A DNA stretch of 64,000 nucleotides from assembly GCA_963783305.1 (NCBI GenBank), contig CAWAMW010000017.1, positions 32,001-96,000 on the forward strand, written 5' to 3'. The notes under the pieces were generated by a model. The model worked only from the letters and a program-made list of their open reading frames with translations. It searched no databases and was not told where the DNA came from. Every line of letters starts with the position of its first letter. The first letter of the stretch is position 1. Source of the stretch: an uncultured Gemmatimonadales bacterium (GTDB taxonomy: Bacteria > Gemmatimonadota > Gemmatimonadetes > Longimicrobiales > RSA9). The position numbers and the translations under genes are program-made. Of the stretch, positions 8,959 to 17,672 are shown piece after piece.

Positions 8959-9591
8959 TCAGTCGATGAGGGGCGCGATCATCTCGGCGAAGGCGTTCCG
9001 TGCCCGGTTCAGACGGCTCTTCACCGTTCCCAGGTTTACGCCGGTGATCTCGGAGATCTCCTCGTACGACTTCCCCTCCAGCTCCCGCAGCACGAACACC
9101 ACCCGATGGTGCTCCGGCAGCCGCGCCACGACCTCGTCCACCCGGTCCTTCAGGTCGCGCTTCCGGTACAGGTCGTCCGGACGGTACCGGTGATCTTCCC
9201 ACTCCAGCGGCCGGTGGTCGGCGTCCCAGTTCTTCTTGATGGTCTGGAACAGCACGAGCGGGTTACGTGACCGGTTGCGCAGCTCGTTCTTCGCCAGGTT
9301 CCCGGCGATCGTGTACGCCCACGTCGAGAACTTCCGGTTCTGGTCGTACCGGTGGAGGTGCTTGTGCACCCGCACGAACGTCTCCTGCACCAGGTCCTCC
9401 GACCGCTCCCGGTCGCCGATCATCCGATGGATGAAGTTCAGCAGACGAGCGTGGTAGCGGTCGGCCAGCACCGTGAACGCGCGGGCCTCACCAGCGAGGG
9501 TGGCCGCCGCGAGCGCTGGATCGCCCAGCTCCGCCAGCTCCTGCCCCCGAGTCCGTACCTCCACCTTCTGGATCTGTAGCGCTCGTGCCAT
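8959..9591 (-). CDS. ECF sigma factor (RpoE/SigW-like)
   Basis: EDLVQETFVRV, KFSTWAYTIAGN, LRELEGKSYEEISEITGVNLGTVKSRLNRAR. Confidence 0.93.
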   Translation of the reverse strand: MARALQIQKVEVRTRGQELAELGDPALAAATLAGEARAFTVLADRYHARLLNFIHRMIGDRERSEDLVQETFVRVHKHLHRYDQNRKFSTWAYTIAGNLAKNELRNRSRNPLVLFQTIKKNWDADHRPLEWEDHRYRPDDLYRKRDLKDRVDEVVARLPEHHRVVFVLRELEGKSYEEISEITGVNLGTVKSRLNRARNAFAEMIAPLID

Positions 9592-9642
9592 GGCCCGCCC
9601 CCTCTCCGCGTCAATGACCTGCGTTCGCAGCACTATTGGGGG

Positions 9643-9657
9643 GCAGGAGCCGTACCA
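9643..9657 (-). promoter_or_regulatory. Candidate sigma54 promoter TGGTACG-GCTC-CTGC
   Basis: GG-N10-GC spacing; IHF-like CAA-CCGT-TTA at 9674-9683 in an AT-rich patch. Confidence 0.5.
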
Positions 9658-9892
9658 ACAGGACGTAAAAGCGTAAACGGTTGTGTAGCAACGATTTTCG
9701 CCGGTAACTGCCAATGGATGGCACCGCTGATCGTCCCATACAGGGGACAGGGCGCGCTACCCGGAGAGGACAGTGGAGCCCCGTCAGGCCGGTGGGGGGA
9801 CCCTGGATGGTGGCGCCAGGGGCGGGGACCGCACCACCCGGCGACGGCGCGGAGGCCGCCCGTGCCGCGATACCGGGGCAGCGCCCGGCGCG

Positions 9893-10513
9893 TCAGCGGC
9901 CGAAGGCGTCGAACCAGAGGAGGGCGGAAAGGGACTTGCCGTCGATGATCTCGCCATCGCGGATCATGCGCCGGACCTCGGAGAGGGGTCGGGTGAGGAC
10001 CTCCATGAACTCGTCCTCGTCGGGGTCGGTGGAGCCGCGGGCGAGGTCGGTGGCCATGAACAGGTGGATCCGCTCATCGGTGAAGCCGGGGGTGGTGTAG
10101 ATGGTGGTGAGGAGACGGAGGGTGCCGGCGGCCCAGCCGGTCTCCTCTTCCAGCTCCCGCCGAGCGACGTCCTCCCACGGCTCGTCTTCGCGGTCGGGTC
10201 GCCCCGCGGGGATCTCGTAGATGTCGCCGCCGGCGGCATAGCGGAACTGGCGGAGCAGGACGATGTCGGGATCGGGGTCGTGGAGGTCGCCGAGGAGGGG
10301 CACGACGGCGGCGGCTCCGGAGTGGCGGACGAGTTCGAGCTCGCCAGTGGAGCCGTCGGGGTAGCGAGCGGTGTCCATGGAGAGGTGAACGATGCGACCG
10401 TCGTGGATGAGCCGGGACCCGAGCTGCCCCGGCTTGTCGGGCCCGATGCGACCGGCGGCCGCGGCGTCCACGAGCGCCGGACCCTCCTTTTCGGGCTGGC
10501 GGCTGTCGCTCAT
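9893..10513 (-). CDS. NUDIX hydrolase (ADP-ribose pyrophosphatase-like)
   Basis: RQFRY, EIPAG...ARRELEEETG Nudix box, TPGFTDE. Confidence 0.92.
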   Translation of the reverse strand: MSDSRQPEKEGPALVDAAAAGRIGPDKPGQLGSRLIHDGRIVHLSMDTARYPDGSTGELELVRHSGAAAVVPLLGDLHDPDPDIVLLRQFRYAAGGDIYEIPAGRPDREDEPWEDVARRELEEETGWAAGTLRLLTTIYTTPGFTDERIHLFMATDLARGSTDPDEDEFMEVLTRPLSEVRRMIRDGEIIDGKSLSALLWFDAFGR

Positions 10514-11886
10514 GGCAATGCCTCGTGGACATGGACCTCACCCAGGCCGAGCTCCCGGAGCGGGCCCGCGATCTGCTCGGCGTCCCCCACGACGACGATG
10601 CTCATGGCGTCGGTGCGGATCGCCTCGCGGGCGACGCGGTGCACGTCTTCCCGGGTGACGGCGGCAATACGATCGCGATAGGAGGCGAAGTAGTCGGCGG
10701 GGAGATCGTAGACGAAGAGTCCGGAGATCTGAGAGGCGAGGGCGGCGGTGGTCTGGAGCCGGAGCGGGAGCACGCCCCGCATGTAGTCGCGGGCGTTGTC
10801 CAGCTCCTGTGCGTTGGGTCCGTCCTCCCGGAGCTCCCGGATCTCCTTCCATGCCTCCTCGATGGCGCGGGCGGTGACATCGCTGGCCACGGCGACATCG
10901 ATGGAGAAGGGGCCGGGCCGACGGCGGAAATCGAAGGAGCTGCGGGCGCCGTAGGTGAAGCCGTGGCGCTCGCGCAGGCTCATGTTGAGTCGGCTGGTGA
11001 ACGCACCCCCCAGGATGGTGTTCATGACGGTGAGGGGGAAGTAGTCGGGGTGGTGCCGATCGACGCCGACGTGCCCGAGTCGGATCTCCGACTGCACGGA
11101 CCCGGGCCGGTGGACGATCTCGATGCGGGTGGTCTCCGTGCGCGGACGCACTTCGAAATCGGCGCTGGGGGCGGCCTCTCCGCGCCAGTCGCCGAAGTGA
11201 CGGCCGGCGGCCTCGCGGGCTTCGCCCGGCTCGATCCGGCCGGTGATGACCAGAGCGGTGGAGCCGGCGCGGTAGCGGGCCTCGTGGAAGGCGCGGAGCT
11301 CCGCGGGCCCGAGTCCGCGAACGCTCTCCTCGCCTCCCAACAGCGGCCGGGCGTACGGAACGCCCTCGCCGAAAATGAAACGGGCGGCGGCATCGGAGGC
11401 GAGGGCGCGGGGCTCCTTCTTCCGCTGGAGGATGGCCGCGAGCTGCTCATCGCGGATCCGCTCCACGGGCCCGGCCGGGAAGGCGGGGTTGCGGACCACG
11501 TCCGCGAGCAGCTCGAGGGCGGGCTCGAGGCGGTCCCGGTTGACGGTGATGGCGACGGTGGCCGCGTCCCAGCCGGCGCTGGTCTCCAGCTGGACCCCGA
11601 GGCTCTCCAGCTCCCAGGCGAGCGCCTCCTCGTCGTGGGATGCGGTGCCGGCCTCGAGGGCCTCGGCGGTGAGGCGGGCCACGCCCGCACGCTCAACGCT
11701 CTCGGCGGCCGCCCCTCCCTCGACCACCACCTGCACGGTAACCAGGGGCAGGTCCCCGTGTCGCGCGGTCAGGAGCTCGGCGGAGTCGTCGCCGTCGAGG
11801 CGGTGGCGGTGGACCTCCGGGAAATCGAAGGTCCGGACGGGCCCTGGCGCGGGTGCCTGACCGCGGTCCAGCTTCGTGTCACTCAT
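10510..11886 (-). CDS. M16 peptidase family, non-catalytic subunit
   Basis: LGGAFTSRLNMSLRERHGFTYG; lacks HxxEH. Confidence 0.88.
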   Translation of the reverse strand: MSDTKLDRGQAPAPGPVRTFDFPEVHRHRLDGDDSAELLTARHGDLPLVTVQVVVEGGAAAESVERAGVARLTAEALEAGTASHDEEALAWELESLGVQLETSAGWDAATVAITVNRDRLEPALELLADVVRNPAFPAGPVERIRDEQLAAILQRKKEPRALASDAAARFIFGEGVPYARPLLGGEESVRGLGPAELRAFHEARYRAGSTALVITGRIEPGEAREAAGRHFGDWRGEAAPSADFEVRPRTETTRIEIVHRPGSVQSEIRLGHVGVDRHHPDYFPLTVMNTILGGAFTSRLNMSLRERHGFTYGARSSFDFRRRPGPFSIDVAVASDVTARAIEEAWKEIRELREDGPNAQELDNARDYMRGVLPLRLQTTAALASQISGLFVYDLPADYFASYRDRIAAVTREDVHRVAREAIRTDAMSIVVVGDAEQIAGPLRELGLGEVHVHEALP

Positions 11887-13157
11887 GCCGCACCTCCTTC
11901 CGGGACGTACACGATGGTGGCGGCCTGCCCGCTCCCCAGGTGCCGTCCTGCGAACGCCCGGATATCGTCGGCGCTCACGGCCCGTATGGCGTCGAGCTCC
12001 GTATTGATTCTGCCCGGGTCGTCGAACAGACAGGTGAACATGGAGAGCTGGTCGGCGCGCTCGTCCACCCGCTGGAGCGCATCGAGGTGGCCGGCCTCGA
12101 TGAGACGCACGGCGCGGGTGACCTCATCCTGCGAGACCTGTGAGAGCGCGGCCATCTCCTCATCGAGCGCGGTCTCCAGCTCGAGGGGATCCACGCCGGG
12201 GCGAGCGGTGGCCCATACCGCGAGCATCGCGGCGCCCACGACGATGGGGAACGCGGCCGCCACGACGTCCTGGGCCAACCGCCGCTCGCGAACGAGCCGC
12301 CGGTTCAGGCGAGCTGCGCGGCCGTAGGCGAGGATGTGGGCGGAAACGCCCGCGGGGTGCCAGGCGTCGTCGCCGTAGGGAGGGGTCCGGTACGCCTTGT
12401 AGATGCGCGCCAGCGAGATGTCCTGCTCGACCACGACCCGGACGGGCTCCTCGAGGGCGGTGGGGATCCCGGTGCGGCCGGGGATGGGCGGCACCGGGTC
12501 GCCCGCGGGGATCTCGCCGAACCACTTCCGGACGAGGTCGAGGGCGCGCTTCTCCTCGAAATCGCCACACAGGGTGAGGACGGCGTTGTTGGGCCGATAA
12601 TAGGTGCGGAAGAAGGTCTCGACGTCCTCGATCGACGCGGCATCCAGGTCCTCCATGGACCCGATTACCGAATGGTGGTACGGGTGGTCCTCGGGATAGA
12701 CCATCTCCTGGAGCCGCTCGTCCCAGTCGCCGTACGGCTGGTTATCGACCCGCCACCGGCGCTCGTTCTTCACCACGTCCCGCTGGTTGTCCAGCTTCTC
12801 CTGGGTCATGGAGCCCAGGAGCCAGCCCAGTCGGTCCGACTCCAGCCACAGTCCCAGCTCGAGGTAGTTGGCCGGCAGCGTCTCGAAGTAGTTGGTGCGA
12901 TCGAGCCACGTGGAGCCGTTCAGCGAACCACCCGCCTGCTCGATGTGGGCGAAGTGCGCGGTCTCCGGCACGTTCTCCGAACCCTGGAACATCATGTGCT
13001 CGAACAGGTGAGCGAAGCCGGTGCGGCCGGGGCGCTCATCGCGGGACCCCACGCGGTACCAGAGGTTGGTGGCGACCACGGGCACATTCGGGTCGGGCGA
13101 GAGGATCACCTCGAGACCGTTGTCGAGGCGGTGGCGGGAGAATGGGATCTGGATCAT
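11883..13157 (-). CDS. M16 zinc peptidase, catalytic subunit
   Basis: VGSRDE...GFAHLFEHMMFQGS (HxxEH), NGST, VKNERR. Confidence 0.93.
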   Translation of the reverse strand: MIQIPFSRHRLDNGLEVILSPDPNVPVVATNLWYRVGSRDERPGRTGFAHLFEHMMFQGSENVPETAHFAHIEQAGGSLNGSTWLDRTNYFETLPANYLELGLWLESDRLGWLLGSMTQEKLDNQRDVVKNERRWRVDNQPYGDWDERLQEMVYPEDHPYHHSVIGSMEDLDAASIEDVETFFRTYYRPNNAVLTLCGDFEEKRALDLVRKWFGEIPAGDPVPPIPGRTGIPTALEEPVRVVVEQDISLARIYKAYRTPPYGDDAWHPAGVSAHILAYGRAARLNRRLVRERRLAQDVVAAAFPIVVGAAMLAVWATARPGVDPLELETALDEEMAALSQVSQDEVTRAVRLIEAGHLDALQRVDERADQLSMFTCLFDDPGRINTELDAIRAVSADDIRAFAGRHLGSGQAATIVYVPEGGAA

Positions 13158-13180
13158 TGGTGGCTCTGGATCGGGGAGAT

Positions 13181-13215
13181 GGTTACGGGTTACGGATTAC
13201 GGGTTACGAGTCACA
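13181..13215. repeat. 7-bp tandem repeat (GGTTACG x4 plus one degenerate copy)
   Basis: GGTTACG GGTTACG GATTACG GGTTACG AGTCACA in the intergenic region. Confidence 0.8.
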
Positions 13216-13276
13216 GATTTCATAATTCGGGATAGGATCCCGGTTGGGAACGAGGTCGGACCGCCGGCGGGTCGGG

Positions 13277-14137
13277 TCACAGCGGTTGCTGGAGTCGCTC
13301 TCGGAGCGACGAGGGGGCGAGACTGCCCCGTAGCATCCGGGCGGCGGCCTCCGCTCCTGCGTGGACGGCGCTTTCGGTCTCCTGGATCAGCTTGATGTCC
13401 GCGCCCTCCGCGGCGTACTCGGATCGGACCAGCAGGTCTTCCGCCGCGTCCTCCCACCCCTGCCCGGCGGCTGCGAGGGCACCGATGAGCATGGCCTCGG
13501 CGTCGTGCTCCCGCTCCTGCGCGGCGCGCACCAGCTCCTCGGCCGCCTCCTCACCGCGATCGAGCTCAAGGAGGACCAGGCCCAGGAGCAGGCGCGTCCA
13601 GGAGTCGTCGGGCGCGAGCGCCAGGGCTTCCTCGAGCTCGAGCGCCCCATCCGCGGGCGCCCCCCGCAGCACGTGGGCGGCGCCCAGCTCCGCACGGACC
13701 ACCGGGTCGTCAGGGAGCAGGTCGCGGGCGGCACTGAGCTGCTCGAGGGCCTCGTCGTGGAGGCCCGCGCGGGAGAGGTACGCGCCGTAGTTGAGGCGCG
13801 CGAGCGGCAGGTCGGGCGCGGACAGGGCGGCGGCCCGCAGGGTGGCCTCGGCGTCCGGGTCGTCGAACTGGGCGAGACCGGCGCCGGCGAGGGCGAGGAT
13901 ATGCGGATCGGTGGGGTCGAGCTCGATACAGCGGCGGAACGCCTCGTAGGCAGCGCCCTCATTGTCGAGCTCGTTCTCGGCGACGCCGAGCCAGCAGAGG
14001 AGGTACGGGTCGTCCTCTTCCCGGTCCAGCGTCTCGGCCAGGAGAGTCGCCATCTCGTCCCAGCGCTCCTGCTCGCCCAGCTCGAGCGCCTCACGGAGCA
14101 CCGCCTCCATGTCGGTTCCGCCGCCGTCGTCTCTCAT
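13277..14137 (-). CDS. TPR repeat protein
   Basis: Repeated helical pairs such as WLGVAE...AYEAFRRCIELDP and NYGAYL...LLPDDP. Confidence 0.85.
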   Translation of the reverse strand: MRDDGGGTDMEAVLREALELGEQERWDEMATLLAETLDREEDDPYLLCWLGVAENELDNEGAAYEAFRRCIELDPTDPHILALAGAGLAQFDDPDAEATLRAAALSAPDLPLARLNYGAYLSRAGLHDEALEQLSAARDLLPDDPVVRAELGAAHVLRGAPADGALELEEALALAPDDSWTRLLLGLVLLELDRGEEAAEELVRAAQEREHDAEAMLIGALAAAGQGWEDAAEDLLVRSEYAAEGADIKLIQETESAVHAGAEAAARMLRGSLAPSSLRERLQQPL

Positions 14138-15342
14138 GCGCCGAACTTGGCCAGGCGCCGCGCGTGGGCCAGCGCGAGCGTCATGAGGTGCTTCCCCTCG
14201 AAGATGCCCAGCTCTCCTCGTGCGCAGGACCGCTCACCGAAGCCGTCCACGTCGGCGGGACGGCACCAGGGGGAGACGATCATGGCGGGGACCGGGTGCC
14301 ACGAGTGAGCCCGCAGACGGGAGGGAGTGGAGTGGTCGCCGGTGACGACGATGACGTCCGGCTCCAGCGCCTCGACCCCCGGAATCAGCTCGTCCACGGC
14401 CTCGATAGCCGCAACCTTCGCGTCGAAGTCGCCATCCTCACCCCGGCTGTCCACGTACTTGAAGTGGACGAAGGCGAAGTCGTGGGTCTCCAGCTCGTGA
14501 GCCAGCACGTCGACGCTCCCGGCATCGGTCTCGGCCGGCTCGGCAATGTGCATCCCGAGGAGACGCGATACGCCGCGGTACATGGGGTAGCGGGCAATGC
14601 ACACGGGGTGCAGCCCGAACCGCTCCGTCAGCGACGGATACGTCTCGAACGTGGCGAAGCCGCGGGCCAGCACGCCGTTGGCCACGGGCTCGTCCTCGAG
14701 CACCTCGTTGGCGCGCTCGAGCACCATCTCCACCGCGCGCACCGTCCGCTCGCCCTCCGACGAGGTGGCTTTCAGCGCGTCCGCCGGTACGCCGGTCTCC
14801 TGCGGGTCGGTGTCGCTCAGGTCGGCGGAGAGCCCCGCGCCCCGCATGACCAGGACGACCCGGTGCTCCTTCTCCGACTCCCAGAACACCTCCACGCCCC
14901 CCACCTGCGATACCTCGTCCCGCAGCTTCGCCACGATGCGGGCGTTCTCCTCGTCGGACGGGCGTCCGGCCCGGCGGTCGGTGATGTTCCTGTCGGCGTC
15001 GAAGGTCGCGAGGTTGAGGCGCGCGGCCAGATCGCCGTGCTTCAGCTCGAAGTCGACCCCGAGGGCACTCAGTACGCCGCGCCCAATGTTGTAGTGGATC
15101 GGGTCGTAGCCGAAGAGGGCGAGGTGGCCCGGGCCGCTTCCTGGTGAAATGCCCGGGGCGACGGGGGTCATGAGGCCGAGAGCCGAGCGTCGCGCCAGAC
15201 GATCCAGGTTCGGGGTGTTCGCGGTCTCGAGCTCCGTCCGCCCCGTCTCCTCGTGCGGCAGTCCACCCAGCCCGTCCAGGACCAGGTATACAATGGTGCC
15301 CCCGTGCTGCTCCACAATGGCATCCGGCAGTGTAACGTCCAT
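14134..15342 (-). CDS. apgM: Cofactor-independent phosphoglycerate mutase (ApgM type)
   Basis: LVLDGLGG, TELETANTPNLD, SPGSGPGHLALFGYDP, GRG, TGDHSTP, HSWHPVP. Confidence 0.9.
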   Translation of the reverse strand: MDVTLPDAIVEQHGGTIVYLVLDGLGGLPHEETGRTELETANTPNLDRLARRSALGLMTPVAPGISPGSGPGHLALFGYDPIHYNIGRGVLSALGVDFELKHGDLAARLNLATFDADRNITDRRAGRPSDEENARIVAKLRDEVSQVGGVEVFWESEKEHRVVLVMRGAGLSADLSDTDPQETGVPADALKATSSEGERTVRAVEMVLERANEVLEDEPVANGVLARGFATFETYPSLTERFGLHPVCIARYPMYRGVSRLLGMHIAEPAETDAGSVDVLAHELETHDFAFVHFKYVDSRGEDGDFDAKVAAIEAVDELIPGVEALEPDVIVVTGDHSTPSRLRAHSWHPVPAMIVSPWCRPADVDGFGERSCARGELGIFEGKHLMTLALAHARRLAKFGA

Positions 15343-15452
15343 GGCTTTCACGGTTTCGTCGGGAGTGTTCGTGCGGCCGGGCGAATGGGTCTGCACGGTC
15401 CACGCCGACAACGTATCCCATGGGCGGGGCCGTTTCCAGTGAGAGCCGGAGG

Positions 15453-15468
15453 CGGCACGGTTAGTGCA
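15453..15468 (+). promoter_or_regulatory. Candidate sigma54 promoter CGGCACG-GTTA-GTGCA
   Basis: GGCACG and TGCA boxes with exact GG-N10-GC spacing, about 50 bp upstream of the receiver gene. Confidence 0.5.
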
Positions 15469-15516
15469 ACTTTCGATGGCAGGAAACAGGCGGCTAAACC
15501 GAGCGGCGGCAACGGC

Positions 15517-15900
15517 ATGGCGAAGATCCTTATTGTAGACGACAACCCCGACCTCCTGGAGATCCTGAGGGACCTGCTGACAGCCGACGAGCACCAGGTC
15601 CGCACGGCCCGGAGGGGTGAGGAGGCGGTCGATCAGGCGAAGGCGGTCACGCCGGACCTCATCATCATGGACCTCCAGCTCCCGTCCATGAGCGGGATCG
15701 AGGCCGGTGTCTGGATCAAGCGGGACGTGGGCGATATTCCGATCCTCGCCCTCACCGCGCTCGCCCAGAACGGCGACTCCGACATGGTCCTCCGCTCCGG
15801 CTGCTGCGACGCATACATGGCGAAGCCGGCCTCACTCTCCGATATCCGGAGCAAGGTGGCCGAGCTGCTCGCGGGGGCCGCCGAGGACGCCTCGCGATAG
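15517..15900 (+). CDS. Stand-alone response regulator receiver (DivK/CheY-like)
   Basis: KILIVDD, PDLIIMDLQLP, ILALTA, YMAKP. Confidence 0.9.
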   Translation: MAKILIVDDNPDLLEILRDLLTADEHQVRTARRGEEAVDQAKAVTPDLIIMDLQLPSMSGIEAGVWIKRDVGDIPILALTALAQNGDSDMVLRSGCCDAYMAKPASLSDIRSKVAELLAGAAEDASR

Positions 15901-16007
15901 GACCCCTCTCCCCCTCCCTTCCCGTTCCCGCGGGATTTGACCCGAACGGGGGCGGACCGCACCTTAGGCTCCCCCGTACAATCCAGACCTAACAACAGGA
16001 CGAGAGC

Positions 16008-17672
16008 ATGCAGAGCAAGTTGAGGCTCGCGCGCGCCATTGCGCTGCCCGGGCTGCTGGCGATGGGGCTTTTGGTGCCCGTGGGGGCGGCCGGTCAGTAC
16101 GAGACGGTACCGGCGCCCGCGGCGTACGCGCTCGAGAACGTGACGGTCGTCCATGCCGATGGCCGTCGGGACGAGGGTGTTACGGTGGTGGTCCGTGGCG
16201 CGCTGATCGAGTCCATGGGCCGCGGCGTCGCGATCCCGGCGGATGCGGAGATCCTCGAAGGCGACTCGCTGGTGGTCTACCCCGGCCTGGTCGACGGCCA
16301 CGGGAAGGCGGAGCACGAGTTCCCGGAAGCGGACATCGATCGGAGCGCGGTCGAGATGTGGAATGCGCCCCGGGAGCTGCAGGGCTTCACACCGGCGCGT
16401 CGGGTGGTGGCGCACCTGACCGCGGATGGCTCCGAGGTCGCGAGTCAGCGGAAGGCGGGGATCGTGGCGGGGGCGGTGCATCCGACGGACGGAATGATGG
16501 CGGGTCGCGGCGTGCTTGTGCTGTACCGGGCGGACGCGGACCGGCCCGAGGAGCTGGTGATCCGGCCGGAGCTCGGTCCCACGTTCACGTTCCGGGGCGG
16601 GCGCGGCGTGTATCCCGGGACGCTGTTCGGCGTCACGGCATTCATCCGGCAGGCGTTCGAGGATGCCCGCCACCGCGGTCTGGTGGCGGCGGCACACGAG
16701 CGGGATCCGCGCTCGCTCACCACACCGACGTTCGACGCGGACTACGCCGTCCTGCGCGAGGTCCTCGCCGGGGATGTGCCGGTGTACTTCGCCGCCGATG
16801 ACGCCGCGGGGATCCTCCGGGTCCTCGGCCTGGCCGACGAGTACGGGTTTCGGCCGGTGATCCTCGGGGGCGCCGAAGCGTGGAAGGTGGCCGACAAGCT
16901 GCGGAGCCGGGAGATCCCGGTTCTGGTGTCCATGGACTTCGGCAAGCCGCGGCAGTGGGACCCCGATGCCGACTCGGTGGAGACCCCGGATGCCGCCGCG
17001 CTACGGGAACGCCGGGAGTTCGAGGACCGGTACGCCAACGCAGGCCGCCTCGCCGCGGCCGGTGTCCGGTTCGCCCTCACGAGTGGCGGGACGGGCGAGA
17101 TCCTGGAGGGCGCACGGAAGGCCGTGAAGTACGGCCTGGACGAGACGGCGGCACTGGCGGCCGTCACCCGCACGCCCGCCGAGATCTTCGGCATCCCCGA
17201 GGTCCCGCGGCTGGCGGAAGGACTTCCGGCCACGTTCCTGGTGAGCACCGGTCCCCTGTTCGCTGACGACAGCCGGGTTGCGTACACGTTCGTGGAGGGG
17301 CACAAGGAGGAGGGCTCCAAGCCGAAGGCGGGCGCCGGGTCGGTGGAGGATGCGGTGTCGTTCGCCGGCGAGTGGGACATGACCATCGACGCCGACGGGC
17401 AGACGCTCCGCGCCACACTGACGGTGGAGCAGGAGGGCGCCACGTTCACGGGCACCATGGACATGCAGGGGCAGACCATGCAGGTGAAGGATGGAGCGAT
17501 CGACGGGAACGAGATCAGCATGGTCGCCCTCATGGAGCAGGGTGGGCAGACGATGGAGATCAACATCACGGGTACGGTCGAGGGCGACAGCGCGTCGGGT
17601 GAGGCCAATGCGGGGCCCATGGGCGTCGCCCGATGGACAGCGAAGCGGACGGGTCCGGGAGGTGCGCGATGA
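16008..17672 (+). CDS. Secreted amidohydrolase-fold protein (degenerate metal site) with a C-terminal beta-rich domain
   Basis: Signal peptide, VYPGLVDGHG, AVTRTPAEIFG; C-terminal FAGEWDMTI... module. Confidence 0.8.
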   Translation: MQSKLRLARAIALPGLLAMGLLVPVGAAGQYETVPAPAAYALENVTVVHADGRRDEGVTVVVRGALIESMGRGVAIPADAEILEGDSLVVYPGLVDGHGKAEHEFPEADIDRSAVEMWNAPRELQGFTPARRVVAHLTADGSEVASQRKAGIVAGAVHPTDGMMAGRGVLVLYRADADRPEELVIRPELGPTFTFRGGRGVYPGTLFGVTAFIRQAFEDARHRGLVAAAHERDPRSLTTPTFDADYAVLREVLAGDVPVYFAADDAAGILRVLGLADEYGFRPVILGGAEAWKVADKLRSREIPVLVSMDFGKPRQWDPDADSVETPDAAALRERREFEDRYANAGRLAAAGVRFALTSGGTGEILEGARKAVKYGLDETAALAAVTRTPAEIFGIPEVPRLAEGLPATFLVSTGPLFADDSRVAYTFVEGHKEEGSKPKAGAGSVEDAVSFAGEWDMTIDADGQTLRATLTVEQEGATFTGTMDMQGQTMQVKDGAIDGNEISMVALMEQGGQTMEINITGTVEGDSASGEANAGPMGVARWTAKRTGPGGAR

